NCBI RefSeq assembly: GCF_009914755.1
Contig: NC_060934.1
DNA from: the human T2T-CHM13v2.0 reference genome, Homo sapiens
DNA length: 64,000 bases
Reading direction: 5' to 3' (one strand)
Every line of letters starts with the position of its first letter. The first letter of the stretch is position 1. The translations under genes were made by a program, and so were the position numbers. Of this stretch, positions 30,889 to 45,979 are shown one piece after another. The notes under the pieces are model-generated. The model saw nothing but the letters and a program-made list of their open reading frames with translations, did not search any database and was not told the DNA's origin.

Positions 30889-31924
30889 TTAGAAAATATC
30901 TAGGCTTTCTTGAATTCTTTGTCAATTTGTTTTAAATCTGTTGGGAGTTTTATGTTTGCTTTTTCTGTGTTCTAACTTAAACCCAGCTAACCACCCCAGA
31001 ACTCATTGGTTAGCCTCTTATGGACCTGAATGACATGTATATCAAGCAGATGGCATGCTATTTGTGTGTTTTGTTTAATCCCACAAAAATCAAAACTTCT
31101 ACAGCAAATCAATCAAATCGTGCAAATAAGAGCGACTACAGAGGATAATTAGTGGTTTGGAGGAAGGCCACCCATAAACATGAAATATAAGTCCGAGAAA
31201 AGAAAATAAATCAAATGAAAGTCAGCTTATCAGCCACAGTTGAAAAATAACTGTGAAAATCCAAAGCCAGTGTCTTATCTAGCTGGAACAATTGGTCAGT
31301 GTCTCTGAGGCCCTGGTAACTGTTGCAATGTTTCCTTTCTCTGACCCCCTCCCTCCCTGAACTGATAATTTAGTGCATTTTTCCCAGTCAGCGCTGATAA
31401 GATCCAGCAGGATGTCCTGTGTCGTCTGCACATACCATCCCTCGAGGCTCTATCCTTGCGTGGGTACCCACGGCAACTTCCTTGTAAAAGAATGAATTGA
31501 GCACCATTTTCAAGTCAGCAGGGAACTACGTGCACTTTTTAGTTTTCGCAAATTAGTGGGTGTATGAATTATTTGTCCGCATCTTTTTACAGTCTTCCAT
31601 ATAGTTCTGGATGCCTGGAATGTGTATTAGAACTTTTGTTGAAACCACCAAATACCTGGAGGTTACTATAACTAACTGGTCACAGATGTAGCATTAAATC
31701 CACCCCAACTTTTTTCCCTCCAGCTACAGCATATGCCGGAGCCACAGTTTTATACATCTTGGAACAAACGCTATTCAGAAACAAAACCAATACCTTTTTA
31801 AAAGCAGTACTACCTTATTTGGGGTCAGGGGCTACCTATTTATTTTCCAGGGGCCTGTTTATCAGTAGGCACATCTAAATATGGAGTTATGGTGGATTTT
31901 ATATGTTAAAGTATTAATACAGTG

Positions 31925-32243
31925 TTTTTGTTGTTGTTGTTGTTGTTTGTTTGTTTGTTTTGAGACGGAGTCTCGCTTTATCGCTCAGGTTGAAGTGCAG
32001 TGGTGTGATCTTGGATCACTGCAACCTCCCCCTCCCGAGTTCAAGCAATTATCCTGCTCAGCCTCCCAAGTAGCTGGGATTACAGACATGCGCCACCACG
32101 TCTGGCTAATTTTTGTGTTTTTAGTAGAGATGGGGTTTCACCATATTGGCCAGGCTAGTCTTGAACTCCTGGCCTCAAGTGATCCATCTGCCTCGGCCTC
32201 CCAAAGTGCTGGGATTACAGGCATAAGCCACCACGCCCCAGCC
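31925..32243 (-). mobile_element. AluS SINE
   Basis: TSD taaagtattaata. Confidence 0.93.
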
Positions 32244-32560
32244 TAAAGTATTAATAAAAATGTAGAAAAACATTTCCTAGTTCTTCTAATTCTTTGCTGT
32301 GACCTCACATGACAAATTGTCCTAATATCATCATTATTGTTGTTTTTACTTTCCCTAGCTCTCCTTCCCAGGGAAGTGTAGTATCAAAGAGGCACTAGCA
32401 TGTGGGAAACCTCTGGAAATGGTGACAGACTGAGGACTGTGAGGACAAAAATCTTCTAATGTTGGAGCCATTGCAGGATGGTAAATCTGATTTCAAGCCA
32501 CGTGATGTACAATGTTAAGGGCTTAATAACTGTGTTTAAGAAAATATATTTAAAAGTTAA

Positions 32561-32869
<309 letters not shown>

Positions 32870-33140
32870 CTAACTACATTTATATGAACAAAATAAAAAG
32901 GAATTCTGACACTAATACATTATTGCTTTGGGAAAACAAAATATGCTCCTCTTCCTCATAAAGGCAAGTGAACAGAGGTTAATATTATAAGCTCCACTCA
33001 CTCGATACTCTGTTCACCTGAGATTATAATATTAACCTCAGGAAATCTTGATGGAACACTTTATGGTATTTCAATAGTTTTAAGTCTAAATGCTTTTTTA
33101 AAAAACCTGAAAAGGCACATGCTATTTGCAATACTATTCT

Positions 33141-33230
33141 GGAAGGAAGGAAAGAAGGAAGGGCAGGGCAGGGCAGGGAAGGGAAGGGAAGAAGGGAGGA
33201 GGGAGGGAAGGAGAGAGGGAGGGGAGAGGG
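33141..33230 (+). repeat. Purine-rich GGAA/GGGCA simple repeat
   Basis: Seen directly. Confidence 0.88.
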
Positions 33231-33696
33231 ATGTAAATTAGAGGCATGTAAATTAGAAGCCATCTGAAGCTAAGAAATGAAAGAAAAAAATTAGAGGCCA
33301 TGAAACTCCTTTAGTTCATAATTAACTCTCTCTGCTCCTCAGTAATGTGTATTTATGTAACATCCCCATTTTCCAGATTACATGATTTATCTTATGTTCT
33401 ATGCTATATTAGGCACTACATCTCCTCTATCTGAATATAAGTCTATGCCTTCCTGCAGCATTTGTATATCCATAAAGATCTCATTCATCACACCAGATTG
33501 CAAGTTCTTAATAGCAAGACATCTGATGACAACGGTTACTCACAAAATAAACTATTAAGACTGGAAATGTCATAGTCTGAATCTATGAAATTATAAATCA
33601 GTAAATTTATGGATCATTTGAAAAGAAAAAGAAGTAGTGGTTGGCTATTATTGGTTAGGAAGCTAGAGGTAGGGCCCAGAAATCTTAAACAATTTC

Positions 33697-33976
33697 TTTT
33701 TTTTTTTTTGAGACAGAGTCTCACTCTGCCGACCAGGCTGGAGTGCAGTGGTGCAATCTAAGCTCACTGCAACCTTCGCCTCCTGGGTTCAAGAGATTCT
33801 CCTGCCTCAGCCTCCGAGTAGATGTGATTACAGGTGCCTGCCACCACGCCTAGCTAGTTTTTGTATTTTTAGTAGAGACAAGGTTTCACTATGTTGGCCA
33901 GGCTGATTTCAAACTCCTGTGCCACCTCGGTCTCCTGAAGTGCTGGGATTACAGGTGTGAACCACCGCACCCAGCC
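33697..33976 (-). mobile_element. AluS SINE
   Basis: TSD acaatttcttt. Confidence 0.92.
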
Positions 33977-34214
33977 ACAATTTCTTTGATTCTAATGTGC
34001 ACCAAAGTTTGAGAGCCATGGGGCATGACCAGTCCTAACATTCACTTTACAGGGACAGGCTCTCTTAGGAACACCTGGTCACTCGCCCTGTAGATCTCAT
34101 GAACTACAAAGTGATTGATGGCCCCATTTGGGGAGCTGAAGGTATTCACAGTAAAGTGCTTCCCAATTTCCCTGTTTATCAGGAGGTAACATAACCCAGA
34201 AGAGGAAGAAGTAC

Positions 34215-34420
34215 GTAGGCTTTGGGGTCAGACAGATTTGGGTTGGATCTCAATGCTGCCATTCATTGTGTGTCTTCAGGCAAATGACGTCATGTCTCTG
34301 AGCCTCAGTTCCTTCTAAAATGTCATATGATAATGATCCACAGTCTGGTTATGAGAATTAGATATTTGGTGAAACCATTTAGTACAGAGCCAACATTCTA
34401 TGAGCATTAGCTGTTCTTAC
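34215..34420 (+). mobile_element. MIR
   Basis: ggctttggggtcagacag...tctctgagcctcagtt core. Confidence 0.7.
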
Positions 34421-34687
34421 GCTGCACACTCCATGAAGTTTGTGTGAGAATGAATGAGAGAAATGCAAAGCACCTCGAACATCATGGCACTCTACAAACG
34501 GGAGGTGGCTTCCATTTCTGGGGACTAAATACAACTAATGAGCTCATTTGCTGAGAACATGGAAGGATACTATTTCTATATTCATTTACTTTTTGTGGGA
34601 AAAATATTACAGAGATGGAAGGTGATTAAGAAATTTTAGAAAGACCATTCCATTTAGCATTTACAATGGACAGGATAGCAAGATTGT

Positions 34688-34813
34688 CCTTCCTTCCTTC
34701 CTTCCTTCCTTCCTTCCTTCCTTGCTTCCTTCCTTCCTTCCTTCCTTCCTTCCTTCCTTCTTTCCTTCTTTCCTTCCTTCCTTCCCTCCCTCCCTCTCTC
34801 CCTCCCTTCCTTC
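34688..34813 (+). repeat. (CCTT)n tetranucleotide microsatellite
   Basis: Seen directly; (GGAA)n on the minus strand. Confidence 0.95.
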
Positions 34814-35839
34814 CTGAATAGTACTGCAAATCGTATGTGCCTTTTCAGGTTGAAACAAAGCATTTAGACTTCTTAAAACTATTGAAACACACAAAGTGTT
34901 TAGTCAAGATTTCCTAAAAGGCAGGATATTTAGAGCTACTTCCATTCTGCCAGGGAACCCAGATAGCACAAGACTGCGAGATAACACTTTAATGAGAAGA
35001 TTCTTATGTAATGGGAAATGTGAGCTTAATCTGAGCATATGGCTGTGAGTGTGCCTGCGTGCATATGTACGTGTGTGTGACACCTGTGTGTGAAGAGGGC
35101 AGTAAAAGCTGGCTTTTACAGTGTAGAAGAGTAGTCTTGGTGTTGGAAATCTTGGCAAAAATGCTATGGACAAAATATCCCTCTGACAGTAAATTCGGAG
35201 TATTCTTTGAGGCATACAGGATACATTTACATCTCCTCCATTGGATATTGACACACATTGTACCTGTGGCTAAGACATTACTTCACTTCCTTTCACCACT
35301 TCTTCCAAGTTTAATTGGAGGATGCCAAGCAGGCAACTGGCCAAGCAGAGAGGAATGGGACCATATTATAAACTCACTGAAAGATTCAGTGGTTTCAAGT
35401 ACTCTCTGTGTACCTTGAGCCAAATCCTCAGCCAACCTGGCTATCTGGGCCTGGCTTCCATATGTTCCCAAGCTGATAATATCCCCCTCACAGATCGGGG
35501 GTCATGAGGGTTGCTGCTGATGTACCCTGCACCCACCTAAACACACAATGACGACTTCCAGGCAGAGACAACAGGACCTGCACCTGTGCCCACCTCCAGC
35601 TGCCAGCGATCCCCTCATGGGAGGAGAATTCAGAGATTGAGTGCTTTCAGTGTGGTAGGGCTATAGATGAAAGGAGAATTCAAAAAGGGTCTGGAAGACG
35701 TGGTTACACTCCTCAGAGGTGGGTAGTGGTAAAGGAGACCATGAGGCCTGTGTTTCCTGTGGCATGGCCACCATGCCATATGCAACTGCTTTCTGATATA
35801 GGAAGGAATACCTCCTTTCCATCCCCCATATTATACTAC

Positions 35840-36173
<334 letters not shown>

Positions 36174-36984
36174 TAAATTCTGATTGCACAATCTAGAAAT
36201 ATACATAGAATTCTAGGAAATGTCTTATTCTTCTATGAAGGAAAAGGCCTTGGAATCTGAATGAAACAGGTTGGAGTTGTCCTACTCTCTGAAGGGAATA
36301 AATGAGCTTTAGGAATGGAGGATCCAATACAATCCTAGTTCCCCTCTGATATTATGAGGAAGCTGATCCCATATAAGCTTACATATTGCTTCCAACATGC
36401 GTTTAGTTGGGTTTTTTAGGAACAACATGCTCTTCTCATTAAACCCGTAGGTCTGGTGACATTTCATGTAGCTTTAGTCCAACTCTGTGGAATGGCCCAA
36501 TTGATTTAATATTCACATTGGTACCAATGATACAGGATAACTGCTATTTAATAAATGGACTAACAGTCAGCTAAAAAGCTAGTGTACCCAAGGTTTCCTC
36601 CCACTGTTAGATTTCAATCCAAAGCCCTACCCTTTCTTAACCCACCCTGGGAAGCTACGCGGAATACAAATTCTTGCATAAAATGAAGCCAGTGTCACAT
36701 CAGAAATGCCAAACATCAAACACCAGCAGACGCCAACCTGTCAGAATCCATGCTGGCAGATTCTGGAGCAGCACACTAGAAAAATGTGATGTGAGCAGGA
36801 AGGGGAAAAATGCATTTGAAATGAGGGCGGGTTGCTCTTGTTTTCCTAATATCCATGAAAGGGAGGAAGAATTAGGGCAAAAAGCAAAGGAGCTCCCATG
36901 CATTTGGGTCTACTCCGTTTGCTTGACACGGCTGTATCCTCACTGTATTATAGCACTATTTCCAAGCATTGTCATTTGTTCTGA

Positions 36985-37390
<406 letters not shown>

Positions 37391-38298
37391 TGAGCATTTA
37401 GTACCCGTACAGAAATCTGACAGTTATTTCAGAACATCAAAGTTTTTATCTGATCAAAATAGTTACAATGTACAGGTGTTTGCTGAGTGTAGAAACCACA
37501 GGTGAAACTGATTTTCATTGTCTTTTTTTCTCTTATTTTATGTTTCTTTGAACTAGGATTATCCCTCAAGATTTTCAGTATCTTAATTCCCCAAGACTGT
37601 GGGTCACACTCAGCTAGATATAGAAACAAGCCTTCCCTTTTCAGAAAGGGGCGGTGTCCCAGGGCTGTTTGGCTACCCCTTTTATAATTGTGAGTGAAAT
37701 TAGGAAGGATTATCTATGTGCAGCTAGAACAATATATAAGGACACATGTGGGTATATAGCATTGCTATCCATTAAAGTTTAAAATAAAACTCAGCTGTGA
37801 TGGGACCAGCAGACAGCCTGTTACCTTCAACATCATAGGAATGAAAGTCAGCATGAAAGCAAAGCCATCACGCTTGTCAAGGGTAGAAAGAAACAAAAGA
37901 CATACTCTAAGCTTGTGCGAACCAGCTAGGAGGGCCGAATCGCTCAGGCCCACGTTTTGCTCATTTTAAAAGGATTCTCGGGGAGTGGAGAAGGCACATT
38001 CCCCAGCAGAACTGACCTGCCCAGAAGGGAAGGCAGAAAAATGGACACATATTTGATTGAACTTGGAAAAACGTATGAAGACATTCGGAATTGCAGAGTA
38101 TATTAATGCCTCTGCAAGGCAGCCTGGGCGGGCCACTGAAACCTGCCTCCTAGAGCCACAGCATCAGTGAAACCAGCTTCACAGAGTCTGAGTGTCTAGT
38201 CTTCTTGGGCACAAGGTAATATATTTACAAATCCCTGGCCAGAAGATGGTATTGGGAACAGAGATGCCTAAGCTCTTGGCAAGGAATTGAGCAAATAG

Positions 38299-38490
<192 letters not shown>

Positions 38491-38499
38491 CCTTTCTGT

Positions 38500-39200
38500 A
38501 CTTTTGTTTAACCATTTAAAGTATACGTTTCAGTGGCATTAAGTACATTGATGGTGTTTTACAACCATCATGACTATTCATTTCCAGAAACTTTGTATCA
38601 TCCCAAACAGAAACTGTATTCATTAAGCAATAACTCCCCATTCCCTTCAGCCCCTGATAACCTCTACTCTGTCTTCCATTTACAAATATACCTCTTCTGG
38701 ATACCTCAGACAAGTGGTATCATATAATATTTCTCATTTTATGTCTGGCTTATTTCACCCAGCGTGTTTTCAAGGTTCATTCATGTTGCAACACACAGAA
38801 TTTCACTCCTTCGTAAGGCTGAATAATCTTCAATGGTACATATATGACATTTATCCATTTATCTATTGATGGACAAGAGTTTTCTCCACCTTTGGCCGTT
38901 GTGAATAATGCTGCTATGAACACTGGTGCATAAGTATCTGTTTGAGTCACTATTTTCAGTTCTTTGGGCTATATACCTAGAAGTAGAATGGCTGGATCAT
39001 ATGCCAATTCTACGTTTAACTTTTTGAGGAACTGGCAAACTGTTTTCCATAAGGACTGTACCATTTCACATTCCCACCAGCAATGAAGGGAGGGTTCCAA
39101 TTTCTCCATATCCCTGCCAATATTTGTGGTTGTTTTGTTTTTTACACAGCCATCCTAATGGGTATGAAGTGGTATCTCATTGTAGTTTTTATTTGCATTC
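38500..39200 (-). mobile_element. L1M(B-like) 3' region
   Basis: gtgaataatgctgctatgaac...acattcccaccagcaatg...gtggtatctcattgtagttttatttgcatt. Confidence 0.88.
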
Positions 39201-40168
39201 CATACTTTTTCTAATTTAGTCACTAAAGATAGGTATGGCTTTTCCTCTGAAATTCCAGTAGTTTCTCTTGTTCAACCAAACAATGTGTGTATGAAGCCTA
39301 TTTCTTCACAGATTTCAGAGCTGCTCAGCAGGGATTTCACCTTGTCACTGTCATACCACACAGCACAGACTGATTGGAATTGAAGGAAGGCAAACAGCTG
39401 AATCAAGAAAGGCACTTTGCACTCTCTCTGGGGCAGGATGAAGGGTTTCTTTCTTTTTCTTTCTTCCTTTCTTTTTTTTTAATACAACAGCATCAGAGAA
39501 CTGCCATTTAGTGCAAAGCAGGCAATTCACCCATCAAGCCTGTGAAGGTAGTTGAAGTAGCTGCTCTAATGGCTGAATGGCTGGACAAAAGCGGCCACTG
39601 TGGGGCTCACTGCTTTTGAGGACAACGATGATTGCTCTGATCTGATAGCAAGACCATGAAATTATACCTGTGATAGAAAGAGCTGCATCTTGAACGAGTC
39701 GCTCCTTTAATGATCAGCTAATGGCAACAGGTCCCCTTTACACTACTACACAAAAAGTCACAGGACAATCGTATGTTCCTTTTTAGAAGTAGATGTATCT
39801 GAGCTGCAGCAGGCATCTCTCTGATGACAGTTACGAGGATGGTGACCCTGGTTCTGGGACTGATGCTGGCAACATTCAGGAGAGAAATGTTGTGGCTGGC
39901 GTTCTCAAGTACACGCCAGTAAAAGAAGGTCATGTGCCACACTGGTCTTCTTTGTGTGCCCTTGAAGCTGGGAGCTTCATTTGTGGGCATGGAGGGAATA
40001 ACAGTAGTGAAGGTAGGTAGGTAAGTGTCCCATAAATCTGGCTCTAGGCTCGAGTGCTCAGACTTTAGTGAGACTATTCCAGTCAACAGCAGGGAAACCC
40101 ACCTCTGCTGGTAATGCCAGCCTAGAAATCTGGCTGAACTTGTTAGTAAGTCAAGAATAGTAATCATC

Positions 40169-40417
40169 TTGGGAGGCCGAGGCGGGCAGATCACGAGGTC
40201 AGGAGATGAGACCACGGTGAAACCCCGTCCCTACTAAAAATACAAAAATTAGCCGGGCGTGGTGGCCGGCGCCTGTAGTCCCAGCTACTCGGGAGGCTGA
40301 GGCAAGAGAATGGCGTGAATCCGGGAAGCGGAGCTTGCAGTGAGCCCAGAATGTGCCACTGCACTCTAGCCTGGGCGATAGAGCAAGACTCCATCTCAAA
40401 AAAAAAAAAAAAAAAAA
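40169..40417 (+). mobile_element. 5'-truncated AluY (Yd-like left-arm deletion)
   Basis: gagaccacggtgaaacc deletion junction; 16-bp perfect TSD aagaatagtaatcatc (40153-40168, 40418-40433). Confidence 0.9.
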
Positions 40418-42480
40418 AAGAATAGTAATCATCACAGGGGCTTCTGGTGAACTGGCAACAGAGAGCAAAAAGGTAGAAGTGAACCTTGAAGTGATGCAGA
40501 TGTTATTTTTCAGATGGACTCTTTTGAGTTTTAAGGAGAAAAACTTCCAAAAGAAATAATCTGATAGGTCTACTCAATCACCATTGCCCCTGTCTAGGCA
40601 GAGAATCTTTGTAAACCTCTTCCTGGTTCCTGGTCATGGATTGGCTGCCCTTGGGTCAGCTGATTCACCAGGCTCCAATCAGCTGAGGGGGCTTGCTCAC
40701 ATGACACACAACGTGGCCACTCCTACTGAAAGACTAGAGAGCAGTGGGAAAAAGAATTTCTTGGGGTCAGAGACTGTGTATCACAACTATAATTCATGGG
40801 TCTGATACATTCATACCCAACTCTGCACTTACAAAAACCAGACAGTTGGACTTCACATTTTTCTCCCTTGCCTAAAACTTAGAATGGTTTCTGCAGATCA
40901 TGAGAATATGTTATAAAAATAATTTAGGTCAGGCCTCACTTGCTTTTACAATTGTTCCTAATCATCATTATTCATCATTTACTTAATTTTTCAAACAACC
41001 CCTCTTCCCACAGAAAGAGCAAGAATGATAAAGAATATCTATATAAGTCTCTTGGCAGAAAAAAAACTCCTATAAGATAATTTCCTTACTGAGCTACCTG
41101 AGTTGAGTAGTTTAGATATTTCCTAGAAGAAGGCCAGGGAGACTCAATTCTCTTCCTGTCCAGTGGTTTTGTTGAATAGTCAGTGAGTGAGGAAAAAAAA
41201 AATTAAAAGTTCCTTTTCCCTTTTGGAATTCTTATCTTAGAAGAACTACCAAGTTTCAAAGCACCACTTGAATCTTTTTTCTTAAATATTTAGTGTTGGG
41301 TTCTCTTACTCCCTGTTCCCTCCTTCCCATCTTCAAACAGCAACACAGAGAACTCTCCTCTCAGTTCCTGAGGCTCATGACTTTGAGTCAACTTCTATCC
41401 CACCCTTCTCTCTCTTTCCCCAATAGTGAGTCATTGCTGAGTCCTGTATTTGTATCCTCTTGACCCATCCTTTCCAATATATTCCTGCAATTTTGGCAAT
41501 AGTCTTATGTCTGGGGCTCTTCTGTTGGCCTTACTCTACAGACTTAGATTTCCTACACAGCCTAGAGAGCAATCTGACATAAATCCCATTTCGATCATGA
41601 CATTTCTCCATTGACAAACCTATGTTCAAGCCACTGTCAAATTCAGATGCCTGTATCACATGCTTCCTACATTTAAGTTCCCAATCTCATGATTCATTAA
41701 CTCACCCCCAGTCATTAGGACAGCCCCCAATCTCACCACTCTGCAGGCCACTGAGTCAGGCCCCCTGGCCCATCAGCCTTTCTACTGGCCATTTCCCCCT
41801 CTGGAATGATCCCCTTATTACCCACTCCTGTGCCCCTGTTCAACTCAAGTCCGGGAGCTATCCCCCAGCATTAAACCACGGGCCTGCACATCCTGCATGC
41901 TTTCCAAGAACTGCCCTCTTATGGTCAAACAGCATCTTCCTGTCCATGATGTCTGCTACCCAGATGGCCCCCGAAGCCTCTTCCATGACTTGTTCTCAGT
42001 TTAGGGATAGAGGAAAACAGATTCTCTCTTCTCACCAAAGCAACTCTGTTTTAGACTCGCACCAGGTGTACTTATACCAAAATCACTAAAGAACAATGGA
42101 ACATATCTTTTCTCTGCCCCAAATCTCCTTACTACCGACCACCTGGGGTTTCCCAGATGAAGGCAAATGCCTCCTGAGGTTAAGCTTAAAAGGCATCTGT
42201 GTTACCTGGAAGGGATAAGACATTATTGACACCTAGTGAATTTGTACCATGGATTAGTTTAACAGATTGGCTGGAGCATGAAAGATAAAGGAGTAGAACA
42301 AAGCTATATTTTGATATGTTATATATCAGTCTGGAATTTCTTTGGTTACAAAGGGCAGAAACCCAGTTTGAACTATCTTGGTCAATTTATCTTGGAAGAC
42401 TTAATTGAATGACAGAATTGGAGGAAGGGTTGAACAAACAAGTTGGGTAAGTGAAGGCGTAGAGCTGAATCTGAGCCCAA

Positions 42481-42783
<303 letters not shown>

Positions 42784-43488
42784 TCCTGAGCCCAAGATTT
42801 GAATGCTAGCACGTACCAGCAGCAGTACCGACATGCCGCTGCCTAGAAAAGAAAACTGTGTCCCTGAGAGCTGCCCCTAAAGGGATCACTCACGTCTGCT
42901 GCATAGCAGCTCCTGAAATTAGTAGACACTTGTTTGGAAGCTGTGTGTAGTATTATAACCTCCAGTATGGCCTATAATTCTGTTGCACTAAGAACCTCTT
43001 TTAGTGTTTGGAGATATCAAATGTGTTTATAGCTAGAGGGTCAGTGGGTACATTAAATTTCCTCATTTGCTGATATTTAAACTGAGCTACACTTGTTTAA
43101 ATATATCGTTTACGTCTAAGTGTAATTGTGCTTTTACCTTTTTCTTTGAAATGAATTATTATGAATATATATTTATATCTCACACATAATGGTGATGATT
43201 AAAACCTTAAAAAGGGCCTTGGAACAGATGGTAGTTTTAGAACAAAACAGATCCATTAGCTGTCAAATCCAGCTTCCCGTAGGATGAAAAATAGAGTTAG
43301 TTCTCAGGTAGTACTAAGAAAAGCTCTCACTTAATCTAATACCTTAGGTTATGGATTATTTTGTAAAAAATTTGACATGGGAAAACTATGACAACTCACA
43401 AACTGCAAAAAATAAAATAAAAATTCATATTATTCTCTAAGCAAACAACACAAAACCTAATTGAAAGTATATTTTAAAAGATGATATG

Positions 43489-44210
<722 letters not shown>

Positions 44211-44797
44211 TTATTTTTTTTTAACCATGAGAAGAAGGAAAAAATAATCTCTAATTTTATAGAAGTAGAGATTTCTAGGACCAGAGAAATCACTAGAGAT
44301 GACACAATGATTTGTCCAAGGTCAGACAACTATTTAGAGTCAGAGCAGAAGCTGGAGTCAAGTCTCCTCCCCTTTATCCTTTCTACCACCTCCATCAAAT
44401 GCTCAGCAGTCCTTTTCTAAAGGAATGGTTCTATAAATAGTCACTCATGTCAGATTTTCTGTATGTGTATGTTCATGTGGATCTACTAAGTAAAATGTTT
44501 TGATAAAAGATCTTTAAACAACATATTGCATGGCCACAAACAGTTCTCAGGGCAAACAAATATATTTGCAGATGTTCTGTTCTACTCAATAGAGACAAAA
44601 GAGTTCTTTGTATACCACAGAATACAGGGTCTAGAGACCGCTAAAGTTAAGCTAAAATGCCTATAAGCAAATCTGTGTTTAAATAATGCAATTCATAGTT
44701 TTACATGGAAATGAAATGAAACTTCTGTCCATCAGCACTAGCGTAAGTCAGGCATGAGTCAGAAACATAGGTGTTTAAGCCATAAGAAAGAAAAGGT

Positions 44798-45062
44798 GGC
44801 TGGGCGCGATACTCATGCTTGTAATCCCAAAAGTTTGAGAGGCCAAGGCAAAAAGATCACTTGAGCCCATGAGTTGCAGATCAGCCTGGGCAACATAGTG
44901 AGACGCCATCTTTACAAAAACATACAAAGAGCTGGGCATAGTGGTACACACCTCTAGTCCCAGCTGAGGAGGTTGAGGTGGGAGGATAGCTTGAGCCCAG
45001 GAATTCGAGGCTGCAGTGAAGTATGATCTTGGTGCTGCACTCCAGCCTGGGTGACAGAGTGA
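44798..45062 (+). mobile_element. AluJ SINE
   Basis: J-type sequence. Confidence 0.9.
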
Positions 45063-45292
45063 ATGAAAAAAAGAAAGAAAGAGAGAGAGAGAGAAAGGGA
45101 GAAATAGAAAGAAAAAGAAAGAAAGAAAGAAAGAGTGAGAGAAAGAAAGGGAGAAAGAGAAAGAAAAAGAAAGAGAAAGAAAAAGGAAGAGAAAAGAAAA
45201 AAGAAAAGGAAAGAAGGAGGAAGGAGGAAGGAAGAGGGAGGGAGGGAGAGAAGGAAAGAAAGGGAAGGAAGGAAGAAAGGAAGAAAGGAAAA
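45063..45292 (+). repeat. Long GA-rich polypurine tract (expanded Alu tail)
   Basis: About 230 bp of almost purely A/G. Confidence 0.92.
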
Positions 45293-45385
45293 TATGCAAA
45301 TAGGCAAAGCAATTTTATAGAATCTGAAAACTTCACTATTATTCAAGAAGTGAGAAAGATAAATTTGACTTGATATAAAATATAG

Positions 45386-45833
45386 TGTGATGATTAATTT
45401 TATGTGTCAGCTTACTAAATCAAGGGGTGGCCCAGGTATTTGGTCAAACCTTCTGTGCGTTTCTGTGAGGCTGTTTTTTGAATGAGCTGAACATTTAAAT
45501 TGGTAGACTTGAGTACAGCAAATCACCCTCCCTAAAGTGGGTAGGGGCCTCAGTCAATCAGTTGAAGGACTCAATAGAACAAAAAGACTGACCTTGTCCT
45601 AAGTAAGGGAGAATTCCTCTTGCCTGACTGCCTTTGAACTGGGAAGCTGGCTTTTTTCCACCTTCAGACTCAAAGTGAAACACTGGCTCTTCCAGGTCTC
45701 AACCCTGCTGGCCATCAGATTGGAATGTGTACCATCAGCTCTCCTGGGTCTTAGGATTCTCAACTCACGCTGAAGATCTTGCAACTTGTCAGCCTCCATA
45801 ATGGCATGAGCCAATTTCTTATAATCAAATCTG

Positions 45834-45882
<49 letters not shown>

Positions 45883-45979
45883 GTGTATCTATCCATCCAT
45901 CCATCCATCCATCTATCTATCCATCTACCCACACACATCCTGTTGGTTCTGCTTCTCTGTAACACACTGATGAATACGG
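45386..45979 (+). mobile_element. MLT2 (ERVL) solo LTR
   Basis: tgtgatgattaattttatgtgtcagctt...cagcctccataatggcatgagccaattt... Confidence 0.88.
45834..45927 (+). repeat. (ATCT)n/(ATCC)n STR inside MLT2
   Basis: Seen directly. Confidence 0.93.

Noticed and set aside
44775-45373. Phe/Ser/Leu-rich and Lys/Glu/Arg-rich ORFs
   Set aside because: Polypurine tract plus Alu artefacts.
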